A stretch of DNA of 63,839 bases, filler included, from Sphacelaria rigidula (lineage: Eukaryota): assembly GCA_964200075.2 (NCBI GenBank). It is 11 parts of 11 records of this genome, joined end to end, with 100 filler letters (N's around TTAATTAATTAA, not from the genome) between each part and the next. Parts side by side here need not be neighbours in the genome. Positions count along the whole stretch, not along the records: positions 46,504 to 52,215 come from CAXNAA020025048.1; positions 52,316 to 58,027 come from CAXNAA020025049.1; positions 58,128 to 63,839 come from CAXNAA020025050.1; 8 more parts are not named here. The stretch is one strand, 5' to 3'. This document shows positions 49,500 through 60,899 of the stretch, piece after piece. The position numbers were made by a program, and so were the translations under genes. A model generated the notes under the pieces. It did not search any database. It saw only the letters and a list, made by a program, of their open reading frames with translations, and was not told where the DNA came from. Within the stretch, counting starts at the first letter, position 1; the number at the start of each line of letters is the position of its first letter.

Positions 49500-51250
49500 T
49501 AGTGGGCAAGGTGGGGTGGGGACACAGCCTGCCTCCATCGAGCCTCTATCCCCAGCCGAGGCATTGCAGCTTCTCGGGGCGGGGGGGGCATCTATCTGAT
49601 TTGCTTACTGGTCAGACCCGAGATCTCAAGTTCTCAGTGATTATATGCTTCTACTGCAAACCATAAATCTGCACAAACCACGTGACTTACGGGTCTGGGG
49701 AGGGGATACTGCAACCGCCTCTCCACCTCATGACACCGTTCAGTAACATGCCGTATCAGTCGTGGAGGAGAACAAGGCAGACAACATGACGCGCCGTCTA
49801 GCGTAAATGCTCGACAGAGGGGCGGCTCTACTGGTCGACACGAATTTCAGGACATCGAAGACCTGCCTTTCTTATTGTGTCGTGGACGCCGACCTGGAGG
49901 AGTTGGCCTGGACGCGGGCCGATCACGGCGCACTATGGACGTCGGAGAACGTCATACAAATGCCGCGAACCCCGGAAGCCTAATGGTACGATGGCACCCC
50001 CTTCCCCCCCAACAAAACAGCCCAAAACTGTCACGAAGAAAATGATCACACAGCGCACGATGTCTGATTTCAGGTTGAATGAAGCGCGTCATATAGGCGA
50101 CATTGGCGAAAACGATTCCAGCTGCTCGTGCAGGTGGGCTTTGTTCATCTCGATTCATCTGTAGATCTGCCTCTCCAACCAGCCACGTTTTGGGGGGAAG
50201 GGGGCTGTCGTAGCAGCATTAGTCGGAAGGACAAAGCATCTTCGATACCGGCTTCTCCCCGGAACGCGTTTAGCTTCTTCCCCCCACTGATAACTCCAGG
50301 TCATGGGTACACCACTGATAACTCCAGGCCGCGATACTTACCGATCTCAGTCTCACCTGGCACAGGCCCCCGGTTGTGGGGAGATTTGGTGGCATGCTGC
50401 CGCCGATCATCGCAGATTCATCAAATCGACTATTGGGGAGCTGCTGAGGGTCAACCTCTTGCAAACTCCACGATAAATTCGGAGCGAAACCCTCCGGAGT
50501 TCGACCGATCAAGGAGGGATCGGCGCTGAAACGGCAACCGACGATACTGCCGCTAGGGCTAATCGCATGGGTCCACGGGGCTCAGGACGCAGCCGGAATG
50601 CTACCAGCATCAAACGTCGACCTGCTCAGTGGGACTCGGTACTGCTCCTGGTAGTAATTCACGCCACCTGTAGGGCAAGTTGGGTCACCTCGTGCACGAA
50701 ACTAACACTGCGGCCCTGTTACGACAAGTGGACAGCGTTTACCCTCTGCTGGTCGGTCACCCAGTCCGGGCGACCCGTTTGGCGGAGGCGAAACGGCGGC
50801 GGAGGCAAACGCTCGATATCGCAACTTGTCGAGAAATGGGCCTGCTGGAGAGAACGCAACCGCAGTATGACGCCGCCAAGGTGATCCCACCACCGGAGTT
50901 CGTATTTTGGAACGTAGGCTCCTTGTCATCGAGCCGTGTTTGGCCACAAGATGCCAATCACGCCGTGCGATCGATGTCACCACCCGCCACGCGCGCACTT
51001 ATCACAGAGCGAGAGCCCTGGTGAAGCAATATCTGCCGCTAGCCCACGCACTCGCGGCGCTTTTCAAGCTGGTGGAAATCAAGACTGCCGCGAGAGATCA
51101 GGGCCCCTCCACGGCAAATGAGGGACCAACGGATTGCTGGATATCCTTGCCCTGGAGAGGGAAGGTAGGGATGACCCCAACTACAGCTACCGGGACAAGG
51201 GGACGCCATTCGTCATGCAGGGTGGACTGCACAAGTAACACGCGGGTACC
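49500..51250 (+). mobile_element. Degraded non-LTR retrotransposon, C-terminal zinc-knuckle/restriction-like endonuclease region
   Basis: Broken frames KVIPPPEFVF..RRLLVIEPCLATRC..DVTTRHARTYHRARA..LAHALAAL resemble the Cys/His-RLE region of RLE-type LINEs. Many stops and frameshifts, and a MITE inserted near 50005-50200. Confidence 0.5.
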
Positions 51251-52531
51251 ATCTACCCATGCACTCACTCCCCTACACCAGAACAGCAGGTGTTCGACAT
51301 TTGTCTTTCTGACCGCTTTATATTTATCCGAAACAAACGGCAAAGCAACAGTTCGAACACGATGAACACCTGCAGCAGCGTCAAGGGGGCGCGGGAGGGC
51401 GAGTGTCGCATGCACATGGGAAGATCGAAAAACGAACACACAACTTCCTGTCTCCAGATTCCATCCGCGCTCTGCACGAAAAATCACGCCTCACACAACA
51501 AAACGAAAAAGAGAACCCCTCCCGCTTCCTAGCCCCGCCCCTCCACGTAACGCCGGTCGGCCGCACGAGACATACCACACATAGGTAATACACAGGGTGT
51601 ACCACCCATGGGGACAACAACCCAAAACTCGACCCTTTCAACCGCCCACCCTTCTACGCAAGCACCCCACAAGGCAGCAAGACACCTCAAACACGACTTC
51701 CACAGGGAAAGCACTGTCCATTTCCCATCTCCACTCTCTTGCGCGTGCCACCCACGGTGACGACAAATCTTGAGCTCACCTCACTCAACGTAAACGCCCT
51801 CTCCTTTCCCCCACTCCCACTCCCACGCATATCCAACCGAGAGCAGCACCAAATGCCAACTTCGACTTCCCCAGCCGGCATGGTCTTTCCCTGCCCCGTT
51901 CCCACTCTCACTAGTACTCTACTCAAGGCGACAACGAGCACCAAGCTCATTTTCTCAGCGGGTAACCCATCCCCCTTCCCGACTCGCTCTACAAGCAAGC
52001 TCTACCCCTCGTTTCCTGCCCCCCTCCCCGTCTTCACAAAACCCGCCAGCCACAGGGCATACCAGAGGTGATTGATGGAGTGTAAAGGCCAGGACGACTA
52101 ACAGACTGCTGCCGAGATACCCCCCCCCCCCCCCACCCCCCCCCCCCCGCCCCAACAGGGCGCGAGCCGCAATGTCAAACAACCCAAGGAAACACCCACA
52201 GGGATCAACAACACANNNNNNNNNNNNNNNNNNNNNNNNNNNNNNNNNNNNNNNNNNNNTTAATTAATTAANNNNNNNNNNNNNNNNNNNNNNNNNNNNN
52301 NNNNNNNNNNNNNNNAAAACGTCGATCCTGAGGTGTTTTGAACTACGGCGCGGTCCTCTAAGCACGCGGTCCTCTCACGCATCACACCGGTTTCAAAGTG
52401 CTGGATTCAGCACTCTGTTCATGTACTTACGTTTCCACTATTTTTCTTGACACAGGTTTTATTGTAACACGTCGCCGTGGTGATGTGATGGGTGGCTCCA
52501 TCACGCCGTCAGGTGCCGATGTATCGTCAGA

Positions 52532-52776
52532 GACACTTTCCACGATAGACCCCCCAAAAGGGCATGATTTTGGGAGGCAAAATCTTCACGTAAATCAAAA
52601 TGGGAAAAGCCGAGCACAACGAGAAGCTGGGAATCCCCACGCTTGGGTTCGTTCTAGCCAATGTCGCCAATATGAGGCGCTTCATACAGCCTGAACCCGT
52701 ACATCAGGCGCTGTATGTCCATTGTTTTCGTGACACTTATAGCTAGATTGGGGAGGGGGCCATCGTAGAAAGTGTC
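52532..52776. mobile_element. 245-bp MITE, GACAC...GTGTC termini, exact 4-bp TSD CAGA
   Basis: CAGA|GACACTTTCCACGAT...ATCGTAGAAAGTGTC|CAGA. Confidence 0.85.
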
Positions 52777-52934
52777 CAGACTCCGTACGAGATATGGGTA
52801 CTAGATAACCAGAATTCCGTCCCGTGCTTGTATGATGTTACCGAGATGTCATAGCTGCCATGCCTATATGCTGAGAGCGCCCGATATCTTCCAACCGATG
52901 CCACTGTTGATTGAACTCATCGTTCACGCTGCAG

Positions 52935-53032
52935 CAATCGAGACAGGGGTGTCCAATCAGGACAACTTGGATCTAACTGAGCCTGTGGTGCACCGCGAAC
53001 TCCGCCGCCGCGGCGGCCGGCGGCGCAGCAAG
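52935..53032 (+). CDS. Cys-repeat protein, propeptide-like exon (IETGVSNQDNLDLTEPVVHRELRRRGGRRRSK)
   Basis: CTGCAG acceptor and AAG|GTGATG donor. Ends in phase 0, in frame with the first Cys-module exon. Confidence 0.65.
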
Positions 53033-53261
53033 GTGATGACCATGTGCTCGCGGATGTACGGTAGGACCGTGTGTTCGATGGTGCAGGAGTATCTGTTTCA
53101 CAGTCCGGCTGCAAAATATTTGATGTAGCCTAGTCTGACCGACTTGCAAAGCATTTTATACAGGAACGCCCCTTCCTTGTCCTCACGATGTAGCAATGTA
53201 CCACAAAAACAAGACTAATGAGTAGTACTACTCGCCTGCCGTTTCCCCACGCAAAATTCAG

Positions 53262-53367
53262 CGGGACAAATGCAGGCACTACTACTGCCCTTCGGGCTGG
53301 ACGCCCATCGATGACTACTGGAAGAAGTGCCGCGGCAAGTGCGACACGTACGAGTGTTGCTACCAAG
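53262..53367 (+). CDS. Cys-repeat protein, module 1 (RDKCRHYYCPSGWTPIDDYWKKCRGKCDTYECCYQ)
   Basis: TTCAG acceptor, AAG|GTGAGC donor, six-Cys motif. Confidence 0.85.
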
Positions 53368-53600
53368 GTGAGCGAACAGTGTCTCTAAGCGAAAGTTTAC
53401 CCTTCACTCCATGGCCAGGTTGTCAACTTTCATGTTTACAATGCATGAAGAGTGAAGGTCGACAAAACGGATCCATCATGTTTTTATTTTTTCTCGAACA
53501 GGAGTTTTCTAGCGTTGAGCCGGAGAAAACTACGAAGTGCGAAGCCGCATGGTTCTCTTGCACGCGATGACCAGTTCTCTCTCGTGCACGCTTGTCGCAG

Positions 53601-53708
53601 AGAGAAAGAAGACCTGCAAGGACGACTACCACTGCCCGGCGGGCTACGTAAACCATGGAAAAAAGGAATGCCGCGGCGAGTGCGACGAGTACGAGTGCTG
53701 CGAGAAAG
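53601..53708 (+). CDS. Cys-repeat protein, module 2 (ERKKTCKDDYHCPAGYVNHGKKECRGECDEYECCEK)
   Basis: GTCGCAG acceptor, AAG|GTGAGG donor, 108 bp, phase 1-1. Confidence 0.9.
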
Positions 53709-53937
53709 GTGAGGGAGCTCTTCCGCTGTGTGTGGATTTCGCATCTACCCTCTCGTGAAGACCAACCAAAGACAAGAAGGCACAATTGGTTTCGACGGCA
53801 GGTCATGAGGAGGTGACACGTTATGAGGTTCGGTCACTGACTCTACGTTAGACTGAGTCGCAGCATCCACATAGTATTGCATGTATTTTCTCGCCAAACC
53901 GTTATAGCTAATTCCCTCACTTGCACGCTTGTCGCAG

Positions 53938-54045
53938 AAGAAAAAAAGACGTGCAAGGACGACTACTACTGCCCGGCGGGCTACATAACCCTCGGTAGCA
54001 GGGAGTGCCGCGGCGAGTGCGACGAGTACCAATGCTGCTACAAGG
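53938..54045 (+). CDS. Cys-repeat protein, module 3 (EEKKTCKDDYYCPAGYITLGSRECRGECDEYQCCYK)
   Basis: GTCGCAG acceptor, AGG|GTGAGC donor, 108 bp, phase 1-1. Confidence 0.9.
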
Positions 54046-54266
54046 GTGAGCAGAACTCTGCTTCTAATATGTAAATATCGCATCGCCCCTCACGCGAAGA
54101 CCGACCGTCGACGATTCGGCACACTTCTCTTGTCATAGCCGGAGATCAACACGTATGTGTAGTCTTTGATTTACCCATGGACGTGGTCGTAGCATTTGAC
54201 CGCAAAAGACTGCATGTTCTTTCGTACACGCCGTGAGCAGTTCCTTCGTCTGCATCCCTTATGCAG

Positions 54267-54371
54267 AGAAAAAAAAGACGTGCAAGGACTACTACTGTCC
54301 CTCGGGCTACCAAAACCGCGGCGCTAAGGAGTGCAGCGGCGAGTGCGACACATACGAATGCTGCAAGAAGG
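54267..54371 (+). CDS. Cys-repeat protein, module 4 (EKKKTCKDYYCPSGYQNRGAKECSGECDTYECCKK)
   Basis: ATGCAG acceptor, AGG|GTGAGC donor, 105 bp, phase 1-1. Confidence 0.9.
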
Positions 54372-54647
54372 GTGAGCATCTAACGATCTCCGTAGTAGAT
54401 TGCTCTAGTATCAACCTCCCCGGAAGTACTTCACATTTCGGCATGTGATACGGCAGCGCACGTCGTCCTCGTTGGATGCTAGCTCCCACATCACTCCGGG
54501 AGTTGTGCGGGCTACCGTCTCACGGAGGAACCCGCTCGGGATAGTACGCGAAACATCTCATGCCCAGGAAGCCTGCGAATCTACAAAAACCTCGAGAAGT
54601 AAATGTACCGTGCTCTTTTTATGTCGCCGCCTTTCCGTCCATTGCAG

Positions 54648-54784
54648 AGGATGAGACGTGCAGCGACTTCCACTGCCCCAGGGGCTGGAGAGACCTGTAC
54701 GGCAATATCAAATGCGACGGTGAATGCGACAAGTATGACTGCTGTGAGGAGAAGCCCCGCCGCCGTTCGAGGAGCGACGACTAA
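54648..54784 (+). CDS. Cys-repeat protein, module 5 and C-terminus (EDETCSDFHCPRGWRDLYGNIKCDGECDKYDCCEEKPRRRSRSDD*)
   Basis: TTGCAG acceptor, phase 1, ends at TAA 54782-54784. Confidence 0.9.
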
Positions 54785-54922
54785 GTCGACTGTGAGTCCT
54801 GCATCGAATAGCTCGTTGTCGAGGTCACTGGGATAATCGAACGGCGTTTGCACGTTCGCAGCGTAAAATACCAGGCAAATCAGAAGGGCCGAGGTGGCCG
54901 ATCAGGAATGGGTAGATATGAC

Positions 54923-55179
54923 AAGCGATGCTACGGTAATGGTGAACTTTTTTAGCAAGATCTTGTCCGATTCAGGGGCTCCTAACGGTTTAAGATGCAC
55001 AAGAATATGGGTCAGGGCATCCCGTTTGCAAATTTATTCGTGATGTCCCCAGCACAATGGAATAGTGATCCTGGCGGACTCTCATACGTTTCATATTGAT
55101 CGTGATTTGGATGAGACAAGGAGCTCCTGAAAATTTCAACCTCAGAAAATATTTTTGCACCCCTAACATAGCGCTACTC
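54923..55179. mobile_element. MITE (family of 26538-26769) with exact 4-bp TSD TGAC
   Basis: TGAC|AAGCGATGCTACGGT...ACATAGCGCTACTC|TGAC. Shared internal GGGGCTCCTAA..AGAATAT..TCAGGGCATCCC. Confidence 0.75.
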
Positions 55180-57649
55180 TGACTGGTCCTATAAAAAGAG
55201 TGCCTTCGAAAATAACTTCGCGCACATTCAAAACGAGGTTCAACTGCCAGAGAGTGGTGTCCCCAGGGATGCGCGGAAGAAAGTATCCGTACACCTACGC
55301 CCCCCCTGGACGGCCGAAAAAAAGACTCTCAGCTTACATACTCTTTCTTCGCCTTTCTCCTCTCAATTCGTGTGTACAATGCACGTTACCCCTCGAACCC
55401 GTCATAAATACCTACTTGTTGGAAGCACGTCCATTCTGCTGTTGATTGGCTTCGGTCTGGGGTTAGTGGATGGAGACGGTCCCCTACCAAGACCATCTCC
55501 TGCGCCGGCAACCTAACCCCGACAGCTACAAGAAAACGCCCGCAACTCACATTCAAGCTTTCAAGGGTCGGACAAATAATGACTCGTCTGGAAATTACGT
55601 GGTTTTATTATCATGACTCGACTCGTGACGAATCAACCACTAGGCTTTATTTCAGCGTTGCAATCCAGGTAAACGCAGCCCAGACACGTGGCATGGTGCA
55701 AAGGTTGCGTGGATACCCCTTGGACCAGCGATCAACTTTGTTCCTATTTTTGGGCAATCAGGTCGAAGAATTCGTGAATTTGGTGATTTCTAGTGGTGGT
55801 GATTCGTCCTAACCGTGCAAGCTTGTGAAAATGGGAGTAACCAAAGGGACTCATGATGAGCCTACAACGGTGGTAGTGTAAACAGCGTTGTGGATAACTC
55901 GGTATGAGACAGGTTCTCGAAACAAGATAGAGGGCTTGGTATAGGATACAGTATAATCTTTTTCGATGATGATCTCCTCGAGGTGGCTGGTTCCTTCTCC
56001 GAAGAGAACCATAGTACTACGCCACCATCCAAAACTTGTTGCATCTGTTTCCTTCGTTTTCCTCCTACTCGTATCTATCAAAATTGCCTCATTATATTGC
56101 ATCATTATTTGATGAACACATCATTTGACTTTTTTCAGCACGGTTTGCTCGGCAATGCAGTGTCACACCATCGTGAGTAATGCGAGCGATGGTTCTACTA
56201 GGTACCTTGTCCATGCCTGCACACACGCGGTGCCCCTTTGTGCGTCGCAATGCCTTGCTAATGATTGTTCACCGACCGCCCCTGCCCCGCCCCACGCTGT
56301 CAACAGGAACCAACAACAGGAACAAGAGCATCACCAGACAAAGGCCGTGATCGGGTCGAGGTTGACGTCGAAATGCGACGGATGTAGGGGGGCGGGGGGG
56401 GGGGGGGGAATTTCGTTGGGGGGAACTGAGGAGGGGGACGGGGGGTCTTGGGCCCGGGGGAGAGGGCGGAAGCTGAGGCGATGAAGGNNNNNNNNNNAAA
56501 AAAAAAAAACAAGAGACTCCCAATAAAAAGCGTGGGTTGGGTGGGGGGTTTCGTTCGAAAGGCGTCGGAGGGGGGGGGGGGGGGGGGGGGGGGGAATCTC
56601 GTCGTGCGGAACTCATGAGAGGGAGCCGGTCACTTGGCCCTCCGGTCGATGTCCGAAGCAGAGACAGTGAAGGAGTATTATAAAATAATACGAGGACAGA
56701 TTTTTAGCAGTGCTGGAAGGATGCCGTCCCCATAATTGATTTCCTAGGTAACACCTGTTCTCAACATGTTTTTGGAGCGAAGCCGCGTCCACGTTGTACA
56801 ATCGTATGTGGCAATTCCATCCGAGACTTCTGGAGCTTATGGGTTCAATCGTTCATCTCCCGGGTTATACTGGAAGAATGGAATAGAGTTTATAGAGGTC
56901 AATGTGCTCTCTGTGGTCGGTAGACGGTCCGCATGTACGTTCGGCATAATATAGGCGAGATGACATGCTGCGATGAGGGTCCGACCAACTTGGATGAGTA
57001 CCGTCGGCCGATTCGGCAGAATAAATAATGACCGCGCCGCATAATGCGGCAAAGTGTGAACGTTATTGATGGCGAATGACGGTACAGCTTGCCACAACCG
57101 TTCCTATTTTCATCTACCGTTGAAGTTGAAGGCAGTGTAGACGTGCAGATCGACAGCTACGACACAGTTTGGTTAGACGTGGAGGTCTCGAGTCACGAAG
57201 ACTCTGTTTTGTCCCGAGAGATTTACAGCCGGGGTTCCCCCCTTACGGCTCTTACCCTGCCTCCCGACCTACGCATTTTCAGCTATGTTTTGAGGAGAGA
57301 CATGAGTGTTTGAAGTGAGTCCCTGTCTATCGAGCAATTGAGCCTGTCTGTCTTGAATGGGACCAAGCCACAATACCCCGGGGGTTCGCGAACCTCCCTA
57401 GTGCCTTCGGGTGACGCTGCGACAGCCCCTTCTCAAACATGCCCTAAACATTCACGAAGAAAATTACCTTACAGCGCATGATCGTTACGTTCAGGCTCGT
57501 CGAAGCCGCTCATATGGGCGACATTGGCGGAAGTGATCCCGATAGTGGCGATAGCTCCCCGTCGGTGTTCTCGAGTTTCGTAACTTTGATTTGCGTGAAG
57601 GTGGCCTCCGCGGTGGGCTAACCGTTCTCGCGGGTGGAATGCGCCAATC

Positions 57650-57860
57650 ACAAATAAATACCATACTGTACCCCGACGCTATTTTGCTTGTCAGCGCCCG
57701 AGTCTACCGCAGTTTACGCAGTTAGTTCCTTCACCGCAAATTCAGGCGCAGAAGAGTGCATCTTGCGAGGAGGCTCCCACGTACGTTCCTCAGCACCGAA
57801 TCCTTCCCAATTGACCAAAACAATGATATCACCATTGTCATTCTCAGCGACGTGCATCAT
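57650..57860 (-). pseudogene. Chromodomain remnant from the pol C-terminus of a Ty3/gypsy (chromovirus-like) element
   Basis: IIVLVNWEGFGAEERTWEP..MHSSAPEFAVKEL fits the chromodomain LVxWxGF...TWEP pattern. No introns or other gene context. Confidence 0.6.
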
Positions 57861-58274
57861 GTTCGTAGGATGGCCTGGGATAGTCAGTAAGATACACCTT
57901 GTCAGGACAAGGTACAACAGTCTACACTGCTGCCGAGATAGCCCCCCCCCCCCGAACCCGCCAAAAACCTACACGGAGGGCATGGGCAGAAATGCCGGTA
58001 GAGGTGGTTTCGGGCCACACGACGGCANNNNNNNNNNNNNNNNNNNNNNNNNNNNNNNNNNNNNNNNNNNNTTAATTAATTAANNNNNNNNNNNNNNNNN
58101 NNNNNNNNNNNNNNNNNNNNNNNNNNNGATTGATTGATTGATTGTCGCGCTTCAACTGACCCCCCAGGGGTCCAGCCGTGGTCTCATGATAGACGTACTC
58201 CACTACACCTCACATTCCAAGTTATCGTTGCAGCACTGCATCATGAACATCATAATCATCTCGACCATATTCAA

Positions 58275-59536
58275 GGCCACTTTTCATGTATAAAAAAACA
58301 CGTTGTCAGAAAAGCCGTTTTGCAACAGCGCGAATTTCCAGATAATTTTTCAAAGTAGCCCTTCTCACGTGATCGACGCACTGTCAAAATTGGAAACGCA
58401 GTGTTCATCGTTTTCAATAAAGTGTGCAGGCAAAATTTCAAATTCTGGGGCGCGCGAGAGAGACGCAGCACTCTGCTGTCGTGTCGTGGTGTACGGTCCG
58501 TACTGACTGTCTGTACTACTGTGATACATTGCCTGAGCAATACATGGTGGGCTGCGTGAAGCATGATGATCAATATGAACACCACCTTACTGCACTAACT
58601 TGCTGTAGAAGTGACGGTTGTGCTTTTTCACTGCACGGTAGTATTTGACTGAAAAGACAGCACGGACAACAGTACACACAACAGCACCATATTGTATGCA
58701 TTGGCTTTAGGGATGGCTTGGCTGCCATCACCACTGCTGTCGCTGGTGCTCGCGGGCAGTCAGCGTATTGCTTTACTGCCCTTGGCTCGCCAGTAGCGTG
58801 ATGGTCCTTACCCCCATGGGAACAGAAGAGGGCAGGGTGATGACGAGTGCTGTACACACACTCTGTATGTAGTTTGCACAGTATAGTAGCTCAGTTCAGG
58901 TCTGTGCATGCAGCGTGTTGCAAACAGCACTCGAATACAGTACAGATTGTCCAAGCACCCAAGCCCTGTAGACATTACAGCAGTAGCACTGCTTATACTG
59001 TGGTCTTGTGTGTACAGTCAGTGCGGTCCTGTCTCTACAACTCTTGGGTGCGTGGGCAGTCTGTACTGCATTGCAAGTGCTATTCACGACACGCCGCATG
59101 CACAGGCCTGAACTGCGAGGTACAATACTACTGTCTGTGCCTACTACATACAGAGTGTTTGTACAGCGCTCGTTATCGACCCTGCCCTGTGCTGTTCTCA
59201 TGGGGTAATGTGCCATGATACTGGCAAGCGAGGGACAATGAAGCAACACGCTGATTGCCCGCGAGCACCAGTGACAGCAGTGGTGATGACAGCCAAGTCG
59301 TGGGCTAGAGGGTGTGTTGGCGTGCGGCGGGATTTCAAACGCGTTTTCAGTAAAGGTTTCGATAGCCCAAAGCTACCAGAAAATCCTGAATTTCTGATGA
59401 ATTTGGGCTATCGGAAATGTTATCAGGAAATGTTCGATAAAAAAACGCGCTTTCTGATCATATACGAAGTGAGTGCTTGGTCATTTATCGGAAAACGCGT
59501 TTTTTCTATAGGTTTTTTGATACATGAGAAGTAGCC
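58275..59536. mobile_element. TIR element (GGC...GCC ends) containing a ~580-bp foldback (58716-59299)
   Basis: Outer GGCCACTTTTCATGTAT / ATACATGAGAAGTAGCC. Inner arms TTGGCTGCCATCACCACTGCTGTCGCTGGTGCTCGCGGGCA / TGCCCGCGAGCACCAGTGACAGCAGTGGTGATGACAGCCAA. No TSD evident. Confidence 0.6.
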
Positions 59537-59564
59537 GACGGGTCACCGTCAGCACCGCCTACAC

Positions 59565-59731
59565 AGTAACATCACGCGTTAGCCCACACGTTGCATAACG
59601 CCTTAAACACTGGTAAATGAGCCGCGACGTGCACAAAATGAAACGTTACATTCGAGCGTTACACGTGACATTTTCATATTACGTTACATGTAACGAAACG
59701 TAACGTGTAACGTGTAACGTGCAGACCCGTG
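59565..59731. mobile_element. One end of the 20334-22598 hAT family
   Basis: Reverse-homologous to 20334-20700 (AAACACTGGTAAATGAGCCGCGAC; TAACGTGCAGACCCGTG terminus). Confidence 0.7.
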
Positions 59732-60899
59732 GTAATTTTGGAGAATATGCCGGGTCCGACATATGTGTTCGAGGAAGCGTATAGCCCCGAGTGCAATGGT
59801 AAAGGAAAGCGCGCCGAGTGCTGACCCTAGAGATGTTTGTCCCGTGACCGTCCATGAGTAGTCTATTGCTCTCCAAATCATCAATGTCCTACCAACGTTT
59901 TAGGCTGGCGGGCGTCAGCAAGCGTGCGTTGATAGCGTTTGTGTCGAATGCCGAAACGTGCGCCATTCCGCGGCAGGGCTCTTGCTGCGTGATAGTTCCT
60001 AAAACATCTGGATATTCAGAGGTACGGGATTCTGCTGCGGGTCCAAATGAAAGCAGGGAAAATGGTGAGGGTTCATATCGAAGAGCATTTTCCAACGGCG
60101 ATTCTATGTACCTCTTGTTATAAAAAAAAGGGATGGTTGTGCACTTTGTCTTGCAAACTAAAATGTTGCTATCGAGTTGCTGCCTGGTCCCATTGTGTAT
60201 CCCCTCTCGAGTATCACTGTAGTAGGGACATGTTTGGGCATCCGCTCGATATTCGACGTTGTTACGTTGCTGGTGCCACTTGCTGATGCCAGGCTGTGAC
60301 TTTTGTAACTCTGTTGAGAACTTTCGTCTTCGGTTCGTGTCCTTACGAGGCCGTGCCGACGGAATCCATTTCCGAACGCTAGGTTGATTTCTGCGACCGC
60401 TGAGCTCCTGTGATCTTGTTACGAAGCCGTCGAATCAAGCGTTTCGTGGTTTTGACCGATGGCGGCGGTCTGAGTACCATGTGAAAGTGTACAGCGGACC
60501 CGAAATCGCGCCTCAAGTTCTGGAGCACCGTCATGCAGTCCGACAGCGCGGACTCGCAAGCTGCGAGACCCACATAGCCCATAACAAAGAGTAGCTCATC
60601 GTACAGCAAATTTCGTAGTTGGTGTCCTTCCTAACCGCTTCATGCGGGTTCTGAAGCGTAAACTTCCAATGGGAATACGCGATTACATATGCTGTAGTGC
60701 TGTTTACGTCCACGTAGAGCTCGTGGGTGACAGTTCATGCCCAAATAGTGTAGCTCCCAAATAGCTTCCGCGTTACTTTTTTTTCGCTATTTCTCGCACG
60801 TTTTTTAAAAACTGAGGCCACGCTAAAGAGACCGGCTATTCTTGTCCCTTGTTCATTTTTCTCTCATTTTGCGTATTTATTTTTTCCTTACTAGTAAGC

